IMG/VR virus record: IMGVR_UViG_3300036546_000170
Span: 1-40,683 of that record
Origin: a virus
Lineage: Duplodnaviria > Caudoviricetes
Strand: one strand, 5' to 3'
DNA length: 40,683 nucleotides
Part shown: one piece after another, positions 25,083-34,340 of the stretch
Layout of the letters: the number at the start of each line of letters is the position of its first letter
Position numbering within the stretch: the stretch's first letter is position 1
The notes under the pieces: model-generated
Told to the model about the DNA's origin: nothing
Database searches by the model: none
Seen by the model: only the letters and a program-made list of their open reading frames with translations
Program-made: the position numbers and the translations under genes

Positions 25083-25454
25083 TCAAAGCTCCTTAGACAT
25101 CGAAGTCCAAGCCGGTTTATATCCTAACTCCCGCGCCCATCCGGGGCGGCCTACAATGTAGGATAGGGTGCATCCGTTGAGCTTGCCCCAAGCTCGGATA
25201 TTATCGTGCATTTTCTTCAGTTCGGCAAGACCTTTGCCGTTCGCGCTCAGATCTGCGCCCGCAAGCCAGAAGTTGAGGCCTCGTGTTCTTGGGAAGTCGT
25301 GGAACTGCGTCACCACGGCGGAATGTTCGCCGGGCCAAAACACCGCTTCGCCCTGCTCAACGTATTCCTTCACGTCCTCGATCCGGTATAGATCCGCGCC
25401 CTGCTCGTCCAAGGCCTGCTGAATCCAAGGCGCGCACCGATCCCATTCAGTCAA
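25083..25454 (-). CDS. Conserved podovirus protein preceding ejection genes (GNAT-like fold possible)
   Basis: WLAG..GRPGWAR..GY pattern; synteny. Confidence 0.65.
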   Translation of the reverse strand: MTEWDRCAPWIQQALDEQGADLYRIEDVKEYVEQGEAVFWPGEHSAVVTQFHDFPRTRGLNFWLAGADLSANGKGLAELKKMHDNIRAWGKLNGCTLSYIVGRPGWARELGYKPAWTSMSKEL

Positions 25455-25632
25455 AGATGCGCCCCATCATCTTGAGAAAGTCGCGCTGTTTTACAGATCG
25501 GTCGGGGAATAGGATCAGATCGTCACCAACAGACTGAGCCTTGAACGTCAGGCCGCCGATGACGACCGTAGCAATTTCGCCTTCGTTCGTGACCTCTGCG
25601 CCTTCCGGTAGATCAGCAATCGCATATTTCAT
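25447..25632 (-). CDS. Hypothetical protein
   Basis: ORF track; coupled. Confidence 0.55.
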   Translation of the reverse strand: MKYAIADLPEGAEVTNEGEIATVVIGGLTFKAQSVGDDLILFPDRSVKQRDFLKMMGRIFD

Positions 25633-25841
25633 AGCGGAACCACCACAAGCGCACCGGATTGGATAGCCACTCTATAACGAAAACCTGTCACTTCGTCACT
25701 CATGATAAAGGCTTCTGATGACAGTTCGAGGTCTTGGCCGATCATGCGCGTCTGCTGTCCGCGACGGTCCAGAAGCGCCCGGTAGCGGTCCTGCTCTTCG
25801 GAGGAATAGGCGGCGGGGGCTTTGGGTGATTTTGCGCTCAT
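25629..25841 (-). CDS. Small tail-associated protein
   Basis: ORF track; coupled to nozzle gene. Confidence 0.6.
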   Translation of the reverse strand: MSAKSPKAPAAYSSEEQDRYRALLDRRGQQTRMIGQDLELSSEAFIMSDEVTGFRYRVAIQSGALVVVPL

Positions 25842-27301
25842 CGTCCGCTTCCCACCTTCACGTCAAACCGAAAGTCGCCAACGCGGAAGTCCCGATCTGC
25901 AACCGCAGTCATCTTCACACTGACGCGGCGCGCCTGGAACCGCACGTCTGTCTTGTCAGTGGCAGTCACCGCAGCAACAATCTCATCCTCGCTCATGGGG
26001 TAGTCGCCATTGATGAACGACACAGCTACGTCCCCAAGATTGTTCTCATCAGGGATGATCGCCTCAACAGACATGAGCCGGTCGCCTTCGCCAATCTCAA
26101 GCGCCCCGGATTGCGAGTAAGGCGAGCGTCCATCGCGCTGCTGTCCAACCTCATGCTCAAAGACCTGACCGTCAGCGTCGATCATGAGCGGATATTGGAA
26201 CTCTCCGCGCGATGTGCCGCACAGCCGCACAAGAGCGCCAATGCCCCAATGGTTCAGGCGATAGTTGTAGAACACATAGCGATTGTTCTCCAGCGATGAC
26301 GCCGAAGGATAGAACCACCAGATTTCTCCGAACTCGGAAATATGCATACCCGACACCTTGGACGTTTGCCCGGTATTGATGTCGGAAAACACGAAATCCT
26401 GAACGTCGCATGGGAGCGGCTTTACAAACCCGTCATAGGTCCAGAACCCGTTCGTTCCCATCCACCAAGCGCGGTCATCGACACAGACCGGAGAGCCCTT
26501 GGAAATAACGCCGCAGTCCGTCGCAAGCCTCTCAAACGAATAGACGGTCGGCAAGCCCACATAGGTCGCCAAGTGTGCGTCTGTGTCTGAGAAGATCAGA
26601 TTACCGCCGCGAATTCGGCGTCCACACCGAAGAGCGCCAGTCGTCTGAAGGCGTTTCCCTCCCGCCTGATTCGTGGCTGTTGGCGTCCAATCAGTGTTGT
26701 CCTCAAGGTCGGACCAATCGACCGCGCGAGGGTCGCCATCCGCCCCAATCGCCATCATGGAGCGCTGCTCTGTCACAAGCACCGCTTCAGCCGTAGGTGC
26801 GTTGACGATCACCGCAGCAGGCGTCGCGACGTTCAGAGTCCACTCGTAAATATCTTCGCCATAGCTGGCGACGAGATATTCTCCCCAATTGTCCAGTGTC
26901 CAGACCCGAACCGGGATCGTGTTCAGCACGTCAGGGCGGGGGGTTCCGTAACGCCCCCGACCATACTTCCCGCGCCCATACCCGCCACCCGTCGTGGCAT
27001 CCGCAGCAGTCGGCGTGAACCCGACTGGCGTAATGTCCGACACGGTTCCGGGGCGATTCATGACGAACAGGCCCTCATTAGAGCCTAGTCCGCACCATGA
27101 CTGATTGTCGTTTGCGCGCCAAGTGAACATTGCGCGCGTCCGGCCTGGAACGTCGTCACTTGTTTTGGTTCGCCATCCGCCGACCGGCCGGGACGTGTTG
27201 TCGGGCCACCTCCAGAGGTCACAGTCATAAACGCGACCACGCGACTGATAGCGCGTTCCGTTACGATACGCGCCGGGAGGGACGGCATAAGGAATCAGCA
27301 T
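25838..27301 (-). CDS. Tail nozzle / head-closure protein (P22 gp10 / tubular protein B-like)
   Basis: Beta-rich, WTLDNWGEYLV, WSDLEDNTDW, EIWWFYPS; synteny. Confidence 0.75.
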   Translation of the reverse strand: MLIPYAVPPGAYRNGTRYQSRGRVYDCDLWRWPDNTSRPVGGWRTKTSDDVPGRTRAMFTWRANDNQSWCGLGSNEGLFVMNRPGTVSDITPVGFTPTAADATTGGGYGRGKYGRGRYGTPRPDVLNTIPVRVWTLDNWGEYLVASYGEDIYEWTLNVATPAAVIVNAPTAEAVLVTEQRSMMAIGADGDPRAVDWSDLEDNTDWTPTATNQAGGKRLQTTGALRCGRRIRGGNLIFSDTDAHLATYVGLPTVYSFERLATDCGVISKGSPVCVDDRAWWMGTNGFWTYDGFVKPLPCDVQDFVFSDINTGQTSKVSGMHISEFGEIWWFYPSASSLENNRYVFYNYRLNHWGIGALVRLCGTSRGEFQYPLMIDADGQVFEHEVGQQRDGRSPYSQSGALEIGEGDRLMSVEAIIPDENNLGDVAVSFINGDYPMSEDEIVAAVTATDKTDVRFQARRVSVKMTAVADRDFRVGDFRFDVKVGSGR

Positions 27302-27630
27302 CAGGTCCGCTCCAAATTCACCGGGACAGGAGCCGACTGATACGTCACACCATTGACCACGGCCTCATACACAAACGATGCCGTTCGCGCCTCTGGAGAG
27401 GAAAAAACAGACGTGAAGGCTGTAGTTTCGCTAGAAGGCGCTGTAGCATTTATCGAGGCCGAACCAGACACCCGCACCCAAGAGGCAGACGTAGCCGCTC
27501 CACCAACAATGGTAGCAGTCACTGTGTCGCTCGTTACGACACTGGCTGACGACACGCCGTCCGCAGAAGACGGAGAGACAGTGATGGAGACGGCGGACGC
27601 CCCGACCAGGGCTGCAACGGCCCCGGTCAT
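27301..27630 (-). CDS. Small beta-rich tail protein
   Basis: Ser/Thr/Val-rich; coupled on both sides. Confidence 0.6.
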   Translation of the reverse strand: MTGAVAALVGASAVSITVSPSSADGVSSASVVTSDTVTATIVGGAATSASWVRVSGSASINATAPSSETTAFTSVFSSPEARTASFVYEAVVNGVTYQSAPVPVNLERT

Positions 27631-28190
27631 GCGATGCCTACACCGCTTAGCGTCCATACATTAGAGGCCTCATGAACAAGCGTAGCCTGACCATACGCCG
27701 CGACCGTCTTGTTGCTGTTCGTGTCGCTACCCACCAACCGAAGCGCAACGCCCGAACCACGGGCCAGCGTGATAATGCCGGTTGATCCGGCGCGAACGGC
27801 AATGATCGTCCCCACAGGAAAACCGACCGTCCCCACAGGGGGAATAGTCCATGTCCGGTCAGTCGTTCCAGACAAACGGATCATCTTTCCCGCGTCGGTC
27901 AGCAAGAACGTCCGCGTCGCATCAATCGAAACGACAGGCAAGCCACGATAACCCGCTGAATACTGCGATCCAGGCCCGACATCGGCCAAGACAACATCGC
28001 CGGTCATCGTGCCCCCCGCCTTGGGTAGGGCGGCGGTCGATAGCGTTTCGTTCGCATTGATGGCCGCAGCGTAGGCGTCCAGCGTTGGCTTGATCTGCGA
28101 CCCTAGAGCCGTGTTAAGCTCAAAGCCCCACGTATCTTCGTCGGCATCATAGGTCGGGACGTTGCCGTCATAGGTGTTGGTGACTGGCAT
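27627..28190 (-). CDS. Tail fiber/needle-like protein
   Basis: DTWGFELN and ALPKAGGTMTG fiber motifs. Confidence 0.7.
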   Translation of the reverse strand: MPVTNTYDGNVPTYDADEDTWGFELNTALGSQIKPTLDAYAAAINANETLSTAALPKAGGTMTGDVVLADVGPGSQYSAGYRGLPVVSIDATRTFLLTDAGKMIRLSGTTDRTWTIPPVGTVGFPVGTIIAVRAGSTGIITLARGSGVALRLVGSDTNSNKTVAAYGQATLVHEASNVWTLSGVGIA

Positions 28191-28798
28191 TATGCAATCG
28201 CCCTGACTTGAACCTCGGCATGAGCGCCGAACTGAGACTCAATCGAATCCGCGTTGATGGTGGCGTAGGCTTCCTCGACAAACGACTTCCACACGGGGAT
28301 GCGCTGATCGTCCAGAAGGAAAGGAGCCGCCTGCAAAGCCGCGCCATATAGGTAGGCGTCAGGGTTTTCCGACAGCATCCAGTTGCATGTATTCTGGTCG
28401 CTCAGCGGGTCGATGCCGGTCCAATACCGCACTACGCATTCTTCGTCGCCCGCGTTAGGCGAGAAGTGAAGCTGATTGCCGATGATCGTGTAATAGAGCG
28501 ATGCGCCATTCCAAGCGGAGCGCGCGTCTCGCACGTCATCCAACTGTTCGGGCGTGACGTAGGTCAGGGCGTAGTTGCCCGCCCGGATAGCCTCGACGCC
28601 CTTGAAGTTGCACGGCAGGGACTTGGGGTCGCCGTTCAGTGTGAACGTCATGCGGCCCTGCATCCGATAGTGCTTGATTCGACGCGATGCCTGCGCTTCG
28701 AACAGGCGAATGAATGACGGGATTTGCGCCGTCAGGTTCGTCTTGTTCAGTAGCAGCGCGACTTCGGCCTGTAGGCCTGCGTAGGTGTCGAGACTCAT
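28190..28798 (-). CDS. Head-tail adaptor protein
   Basis: TYAGLQAEVA..IPSFIRLFE..NWMLSENPDAYLYGAAL..APFLLDDQRI. Confidence 0.8.
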   Translation of the reverse strand: MSLDTYAGLQAEVALLLNKTNLTAQIPSFIRLFEAQASRRIKHYRMQGRMTFTLNGDPKSLPCNFKGVEAIRAGNYALTYVTPEQLDDVRDARSAWNGASLYYTIIGNQLHFSPNAGDEECVVRYWTGIDPLSDQNTCNWMLSENPDAYLYGAALQAAPFLLDDQRIPVWKSFVEEAYATINADSIESQFGAHAEVQVRAIA

Positions 28799-29142
28799 CG
28801 CATCACCCCGTTGCTAACGCCTAGCCGCCCCGGCGCGGTGCGAAGATAGGCGTAGTCAGGGTCGTTCAGCTTGCGAGCCAGCTTGTCTTGATGATTGGCG
28901 TCCAGGCAATCCCAGCCTTCCTCGTTCAGCCATTTCAGGCGCAACAGGGCCGGAATACGGGCAACCCTACGCAACTCGCGCGTAGGGCTGTAACCGTCAT
29001 TGTGCGTCTGCATTTCGCGGTTCTGATCGAGAAGCGCACCAACGTCCGAAGACATGCGAACCTCGATCCCGCCATTGCCGTCGTGGCGGTAGTCTTTCCT
29101 GACGCCCGTCAGTTTGTCGTAATTGCCGAAGCGCCAGGTCAT
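28795..29142 (-). CDS. Conserved podovirus protein downstream of capsid
   Basis: VARIP..KWLNE..LNDPDYAYLRT. Confidence 0.7.
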   Translation of the reverse strand: MTWRFGNYDKLTGVRKDYRHDGNGGIEVRMSSDVGALLDQNREMQTHNDGYSPTRELRRVARIPALLRLKWLNEEGWDCLDANHQDKLARKLNDPDYAYLRTAPGRLGVSNGVMR

Positions 29143-29145
29143 GAC

Positions 29146-29436
29146 TTAGTTAGCTCCTTCTTCCGAAGCGTTCTCAGCCTTCGGTGGGCGACCAGGGCCG
29201 CGACGGGCTTGCTGGATCTCAGCGAAACCACGTTCCTCAAGGGCTTCGGCAATGTCACGCGGAAGGTCCAGCGTGTCGCCGCGTTCGTAAACCTCGTCGC
29301 CCCCCTTGGGGTCGTGATTGCCGCTCGAAATCATGCCGTCACCCTTCGGCAAGACGCGGATTTCCACCATCTCGTTTTTGACTTCCGGCTCATGGATGCC
29401 AATCGCTTCATTCTCGACTTCACGTTTCGTCTTCAT
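29146..29436 (-). CDS. Hypothetical protein
   Basis: GGAG RBS; AEALEERGFAE; RGPGRPPK tail. Confidence 0.65.
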   Translation of the reverse strand: MKTKREVENEAIGIHEPEVKNEMVEIRVLPKGDGMISSGNHDPKGGDEVYERGDTLDLPRDIAEALEERGFAEIQQARRGPGRPPKAENASEEGAN

Positions 29437-29493
29437 GGTCTTCTCCGTTGTGGGTGGGACGGTCCACAATGAACCGCCCCTTGCCCGAGTGTA

Positions 29494-30447
29494 TTAGGTC
29501 AAGTCGGCTATTACGGCAGACGATTTCTCGTTGCGCGCGATGAGAACTTTCTCAGCCAGGATGTGGAACTGCTGAGCATCGCCCACCTTGGCGAGGTTTT
29601 CGGTCTTCATCGGACGCAGGGTGCCAACAGCCCAATAGGACGGGTCGATCAGCAGAACGTCGCGGGTCAGGCCATATTGCACCGGAACGGTGGACAGGGT
29701 GCCGAAGTCCGACACATACACGTCAGCAGCACCGATGATGGTCGCCTGCTCGCTTCCGCCCACATCCTTACGGATTTGAGCGATGCCGGTGAAGGTCGAG
29801 AAGACTTGCTTCTGAACCGCTCCCATATAGGCTTGCGAGGGACGCGCGCCGTTGGTGAAGGCCGAAGCCATCGACGCCTTCAGCAAAGCTTCCGTAAAGG
29901 CGCGCTGGGTGCCGTTGGTCGCAGCCGTCACCGTGCCAGCCGAATAGCCGCCCGATGCGCCACCAGCGCCACGAGAGACGTTGGAAGTCATGAAGGCCAG
30001 CGCACCGGCAGACTCAGCAGCGACAGAAGCCGAACCAGCGACCGAGGCGTAGTTACCCAGGAAGCGCGCTTCGATGTCGGTGGCGACCTCTTCGCCCTTC
30101 TGGACCTTCTGCCAGGCCAGTTCGGACGAGACGCCCGCGTGATCGACGGCTTCTTGAGTGCCGGAAACCGAACCGACTTCCTTGAAGATCTGAGTGCGGT
30201 TGCCGGGGCGAACCGTGACCTTCGGAGCGGTGTTCGCGGCGGTATCGCCCTGAACCGCAGCATTTAGCGGATTGGGGGTGCGCAGCGAGAACGTCTGCCA
30301 CTCGTGATAAGTGGCGGTGACGTTTTCCTTGCCGATATTCGACGTGAACGGCGTCTTGTTGGCGGCGATTTTGTAGATCGCATTTTCCAGGTCTTCGCGG
30401 TTGCCAACCGTGGCGAAGGTGGATTGGGTATTAGCGGGAACAGCCAT
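29494..30447 (-). CDS. Major capsid protein (DUF5309-like)
   Basis: GNREDL, TPF, HEWQT, NRTQIF..SVSGTQEAV, DVYVSDFG, LAKVGD; follows scaffold. Confidence 0.9.
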   Translation of the reverse strand: MAVPANTQSTFATVGNREDLENAIYKIAANKTPFTSNIGKENVTATYHEWQTFSLRTPNPLNAAVQGDTAANTAPKVTVRPGNRTQIFKEVGSVSGTQEAVDHAGVSSELAWQKVQKGEEVATDIEARFLGNYASVAGSASVAAESAGALAFMTSNVSRGAGGASGGYSAGTVTAATNGTQRAFTEALLKASMASAFTNGARPSQAYMGAVQKQVFSTFTGIAQIRKDVGGSEQATIIGAADVYVSDFGTLSTVPVQYGLTRDVLLIDPSYWAVGTLRPMKTENLAKVGDAQQFHILAEKVLIARNEKSSAVIADLT

Positions 30448-31473
30448 TTAGAGAATGCCTTGTTTCATTAGGAGGGCGACGGCGTCTCCCCGGTCTTTCG
30501 TCTGGTTGAACCGGTTTTTGAGCGCTTCGACCTCCCGTTGTTTGGGAGGTGCCGCTGCCGCAGACGCCGCAGGAGCGATGCCGGGCTTAGGCGTGGGTTT
30601 CGGGGTTGGCTTCGGCAGATTCTTCCGCAACTCTTGGAGCTGCATGGAATCGTAGGCCAGAGCCATAACAGCCGCCGACACATCTCCAAGGTCTTGTTCC
30701 TTGGCCCCCCGCGACTTCAGATAGTCCAAAGTCTTCTGAAACTTTTCCTTACCCTTGACGGGGTCGGTCAGTTCGGGAGCGTAGGTCTTGAGTTCCTCGG
30801 CCTGTGACTTAAGCCAGTTTTGCCTCTCAACCCTCGCAGCGGCATCCTTGGCGGCATTCGCCTGCTGTAATGCATTCTGCTCGGCGTCATATTGAGCGCG
30901 GAGTTTAACGTATTCCTGTGGATTCTCACGCGACAACTGAAGCCAGATCTGATCCGTCATCCCGTGCCACTTGCCTTGGAAAGTCTCTTCGGCCACCGCA
31001 GCGGCCTCCGTTACCTTGGCAGCGATCTGAGACAGGGCCTCAGCCTGAGTTTCAGCGGTCTTGCGAGCCGCCGCAGCCTCTTCGAATTTGGCGCTGATTG
31101 CCTTCTGCGCCGCCTTGTCCTGCTCAACAAGAAACCGCTGAGTCTCAGGAGGTAGCGTCGCGAAGTTATCCTTCGCCTCTTTCGACCAGAACTGAGGGGC
31201 ATCGACTGCCTGTGCGGCTTGGTCACCCTCATCTTCGCCTTCGGTCGGCCCTTCGGCTCCGTCAACGCCCTGATCCTGGCTATCAGGGGTAATATCGTCA
31301 TTTACCACATCAGCGGCGGTGTCGCTAGTCGCTTCATCAGCGCCCTCAACGACTTCGGCCTGCGCCTCTACAGGCTCCGCAGCAGCAGCCGGAGCCGCCT
31401 GTTCGACAGGTTCCGCCATTGCCTGCACCTGGGCCACAATATCAGCCCGCATTTGCGGCTCAGTCATGCTCAT
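30448..31473 (-). CDS. Scaffolding protein
   Basis: Acidic N-terminus, long helical region, upstream of capsid. Confidence 0.8.
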   Translation of the reverse strand: MSMTEPQMRADIVAQVQAMAEPVEQAAPAAAAEPVEAQAEVVEGADEATSDTAADVVNDDITPDSQDQGVDGAEGPTEGEDEGDQAAQAVDAPQFWSKEAKDNFATLPPETQRFLVEQDKAAQKAISAKFEEAAAARKTAETQAEALSQIAAKVTEAAAVAEETFQGKWHGMTDQIWLQLSRENPQEYVKLRAQYDAEQNALQQANAAKDAAARVERQNWLKSQAEELKTYAPELTDPVKGKEKFQKTLDYLKSRGAKEQDLGDVSAAVMALAYDSMQLQELRKNLPKPTPKPTPKPGIAPAASAAAAPPKQREVEALKNRFNQTKDRGDAVALLMKQGIL

Positions 31474-31715
31474 TGTTCGTTCTCACTAATGGCCGATGCC
31501 GCATCCCCATCGGACACAGCTTGTCGGAGGTCGTCTTTCAGGGCCTCTACGGCCTGAATCTTGGCATGAAGCGACAGAATTACGTCTGTCTGCATGGGTG
31601 GCGTGTCGATGAGCATTCGCATCATCTTGTCTCGCAGCCCGTCAATCGCAGGCTCGACAATCTCTAGTGCCATCCTGACGCGGTGACCGTGTTCGATGGT
31701 CTCTTGTTCGTTCAT
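31470..31715 (-). CDS. Hypothetical protein (head module)
   Basis: Coupled between portal and scaffold genes. Confidence 0.65.
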   Translation of the reverse strand: MNEQETIEHGHRVRMALEIVEPAIDGLRDKMMRMLIDTPPMQTDVILSLHAKIQAVEALKDDLRQAVSDGDAASAISENEQ

Positions 31716-31945
31716 CGCTTCGGAAGCTCCAAATATTCCATCGGTTGAGAGCGAGCGAACACGGACTGAAGCCATGCACCGAATGCTGTGTCAGTCGCGA
31801 ACTCACGCAGAGACGACCATCCCTGCTTGCGACGCTTGGCGACGCGGAGGCCGTATTTAGCGTCAGACAGTCGTGTAATCTCCAGCGCTCCAGCGGCTGG
31901 ACGCTCGATCACCACGCGCTCCGTGTTCGCGGTCGTGGTCTTCAC
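31712..31945 (-). CDS. Hypothetical protein
   Basis: GTGA and ATGA overlaps. Confidence 0.55.
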   Translation of the reverse strand: MKTTTANTERVVIERPAAGALEITRLSDAKYGLRVAKRRKQGWSSLREFATDTAFGAWLQSVFARSQPMEYLELPKR

Positions 31946-34071
31946 TTGTCCAGATCCCCACCAGGCCGGTTTCGGCTCATTTCAGCGCGCTCTTTAGAGG
32001 CCATCTGCATTTGCGCGAGGTCGTATTCATCCTGCGCCTTTTGTGCAGCCAGACGCGCCTCGAAATCCGCCTTGTCGCGGGCCAACTGCGCCTGCATCTG
32101 CGCCTTCTCGCGCTCAAACTGAAGCATGGCGTCCGAGCGCTCGCGTTCAGCCATCAGACGCGCTTCGGCCTTCATCGCCTCGACCTCTAGCTGTCCTTGA
32201 GCCTTCTGCTTGGCAAGCTCCATGTCAGCCGCAGCCTTCTGCTTGTCGAACTCAAGGCGCTGTTCAATCTCTTGCTGCTTGGCCTGCATCTCCAACATAG
32301 CCGGATCAGGCTTGGGCTGTTGCGGAGGCGCTTCCTCTGGATTGGTGAGGAACGAGTCAGCCGACCGAAACCCAAGGCCACGTTCGAAGGCTTGCTTGGC
32401 GTAGGCGTATATGTTCTCAACGGTCACAAGAGGACCAGATGGACCGCCCTGCATGGTCACAAGCTGCTCAAGCGCCTGCCATCCCTGCTGATACATGACC
32501 ATCTGCTGTTCTTTGCCGCCCGATCCGACGCCAATCTCAACGGTCATGTCATTACGCGAGCCGAACGAGGTCCGGTCGATCTCAACCCACTTGTTCTTTA
32601 GGCGGACGCGGCTGGAGTCCTTGGCGTTCTCGCGGATAACGCGGTGCATGATCAGGAACAAGTCTTTGATACCCGTCTCAGCCAGAATACGGGCCACCAT
32701 GCGAGTGCGCTTCTGAGCCGCTGAGAGCATGATAGACGCGCCCTTAGCAGTATCGTGCAGCGTGTCGGGGTTCAGGCCTTGAGCGTTGCGCATGACGCCC
32801 GAACGCTGCTCGCCCTGAACGCTCATATATTCTAGAGCGCCGAACGCATCGAACGACAGACCACCCGACGACATGGGAGAAATCACCTCGTTCGGTGCGC
32901 CCTTGCCGCGAATAGGCCGGTTAGGTTCGTTCGACAGGAGATCGCGCATCGTCCATTCGTGCGCCTTCTCCATGTTGACATACATGCGCTGGTTCAGCGC
33001 GAAGTTGCCCGAATCGAGCGCCAGGCGAAGCAGCACGGTCTTGATGCGCTGGATCTCAAGCAGCTTGTCGGCAATCGACTGACCGTAGAACTGATGCGCC
33101 ACGGGGTAGGGCGTCATGGCGGCAAAGCACACGTAATCGTGGTCTTCGCTCTCAAGCTCGATTCCGCATGTCGTGTCGGTCAGGACGCGCTTGCGACCGT
33201 CCTTGGTCAGCAGATAGTGTTCGATGACCTCGACAATGCGCTGATCACCATCGCCGCCCACGTCGTTCAGGTCTTCGCCCCCAATAGAGCGCGCCTGCTG
33301 CATGTCAGTATCCATGATGCCGTATGCAGGGAGCTTTGCGACGGTTTCAGCGCTGACACCACGGTTCAGAAGCTCATAGGCCCTGACGCGGGTCCGATGC
33401 CAGTGATAGGGACTTTCCTTGAGGCGCGTGGTGTCCTGCGATACGCCGAAGTCTTCAGGCGGGACCGAATAGACGCGCGCGTAGCCCGAATCAACGCCCT
33501 TGACGGTGTAGTCGTAGGTCGGCTCGCCACCCTCTTCCGGATCAATCTCTGGCCTGGAAATGGGCGTCTCGTCACTTAGGATGACGCGGTCACCATATCG
33601 CTGCACGGCTTGAGCCAGCGAATCCAACGACTGATCTTCAAACTCTTCGTCAGGCTCTTTCTTGTCGCACCACGACACCTTGACGATGCCGGTCTTTACT
33701 TGACACGCATCCTTGATCATGTCGTGCAGGATCAGAAAGCCGTCATTCTCCTTGAAGAAGGCGTAGTTGATGTAGTCAGTTTCTTGCTGGGCGGCCTCTT
33801 CGTCTTCTGGCCCGACCGGCTCAAACGTAACCACGTCCTCAGACCCGGTGAAAATCTCGATCAGATCCGGCATGATCGAGTCGATGGCTTCGGCAACGTC
33901 CTGAGAGACGGCCCGTGAGCGCTTCTCTGGCGCTAGAACGTCGTCAACATCGCCCTTGTAGTAATTAAGGGCGCGTTCCCGTTGCTCGTTGACCTCTTCG
34001 CCACCAAGGCCGGTCGAGCGTGTCCACTCGCTCGCAACCTGGGACAGAAGAGAGTTTTTCGCAGCAGCCAT
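31942..34071 (-). CDS. Portal protein (P22-like, C-terminal helical barrel)
   Basis: RERALNYYKG, FEPVGPEDEEAAQQETDYINY, KTGIVKV; long Gln/Ala coiled-coil C-terminus. Confidence 0.92.
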   Translation of the reverse strand: MAAAKNSLLSQVASEWTRSTGLGGEEVNEQRERALNYYKGDVDDVLAPEKRSRAVSQDVAEAIDSIMPDLIEIFTGSEDVVTFEPVGPEDEEAAQQETDYINYAFFKENDGFLILHDMIKDACQVKTGIVKVSWCDKKEPDEEFEDQSLDSLAQAVQRYGDRVILSDETPISRPEIDPEEGGEPTYDYTVKGVDSGYARVYSVPPEDFGVSQDTTRLKESPYHWHRTRVRAYELLNRGVSAETVAKLPAYGIMDTDMQQARSIGGEDLNDVGGDGDQRIVEVIEHYLLTKDGRKRVLTDTTCGIELESEDHDYVCFAAMTPYPVAHQFYGQSIADKLLEIQRIKTVLLRLALDSGNFALNQRMYVNMEKAHEWTMRDLLSNEPNRPIRGKGAPNEVISPMSSGGLSFDAFGALEYMSVQGEQRSGVMRNAQGLNPDTLHDTAKGASIMLSAAQKRTRMVARILAETGIKDLFLIMHRVIRENAKDSSRVRLKNKWVEIDRTSFGSRNDMTVEIGVGSGGKEQQMVMYQQGWQALEQLVTMQGGPSGPLVTVENIYAYAKQAFERGLGFRSADSFLTNPEEAPPQQPKPDPAMLEMQAKQQEIEQRLEFDKQKAAADMELAKQKAQGQLEVEAMKAEARLMAERERSDAMLQFEREKAQMQAQLARDKADFEARLAAQKAQDEYDLAQMQMASKERAEMSRNRPGGDLDK

Positions 34072-34097
34072 TCGGTCCCGACCTTCTATAGCCTCGG

Positions 34098-34126
34098 CTT
34101 ATACCAACGGTTCGGACGATAAGCAA
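34098..34126 (-). promoter_or_regulatory. Putative promoter for portal/head operon
   Basis: TTGCTT-17 bp-TATAAG with TG extension. Confidence 0.45.
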
Positions 34127-34127
34127 A

Positions 34128-34340
34128 TCAAAGGATGCCTGACGATTCGCCTGTGATTGGCTTGCGGTCGCGCTGCTGTCTCGTCAGGTGCCATTGACCA
34201 CAGTGAGGACATTCATACGGGTAGAGCGTCGCACTCTCTTTAGCCGCTGAGATCATGCCAACAATGCGCGCCCGGTTCTCCGTCTTATACCGCGACTTCT
34301 TGCGGCAGTTGCGGCGGGACAGCGCCTCACCAGCCAGCAT
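34128..34340 (-). CDS. Small Zn-binding protein
   Basis: CRKKSRY...YECPHCGQWHLT. Confidence 0.65.
   Translation of the reverse strand: MLAGEALSRRNCRKKSRYKTENRARIVGMISAAKESATLYPYECPHCGQWHLTRQQRDRKPITGESSGIL

Noticed and set aside
29450-29487. Terminator after the major capsid gene
   Set aside because: An imperfect GC stem is present but has no U-tract on the minus strand; at most a stabilising hairpin.
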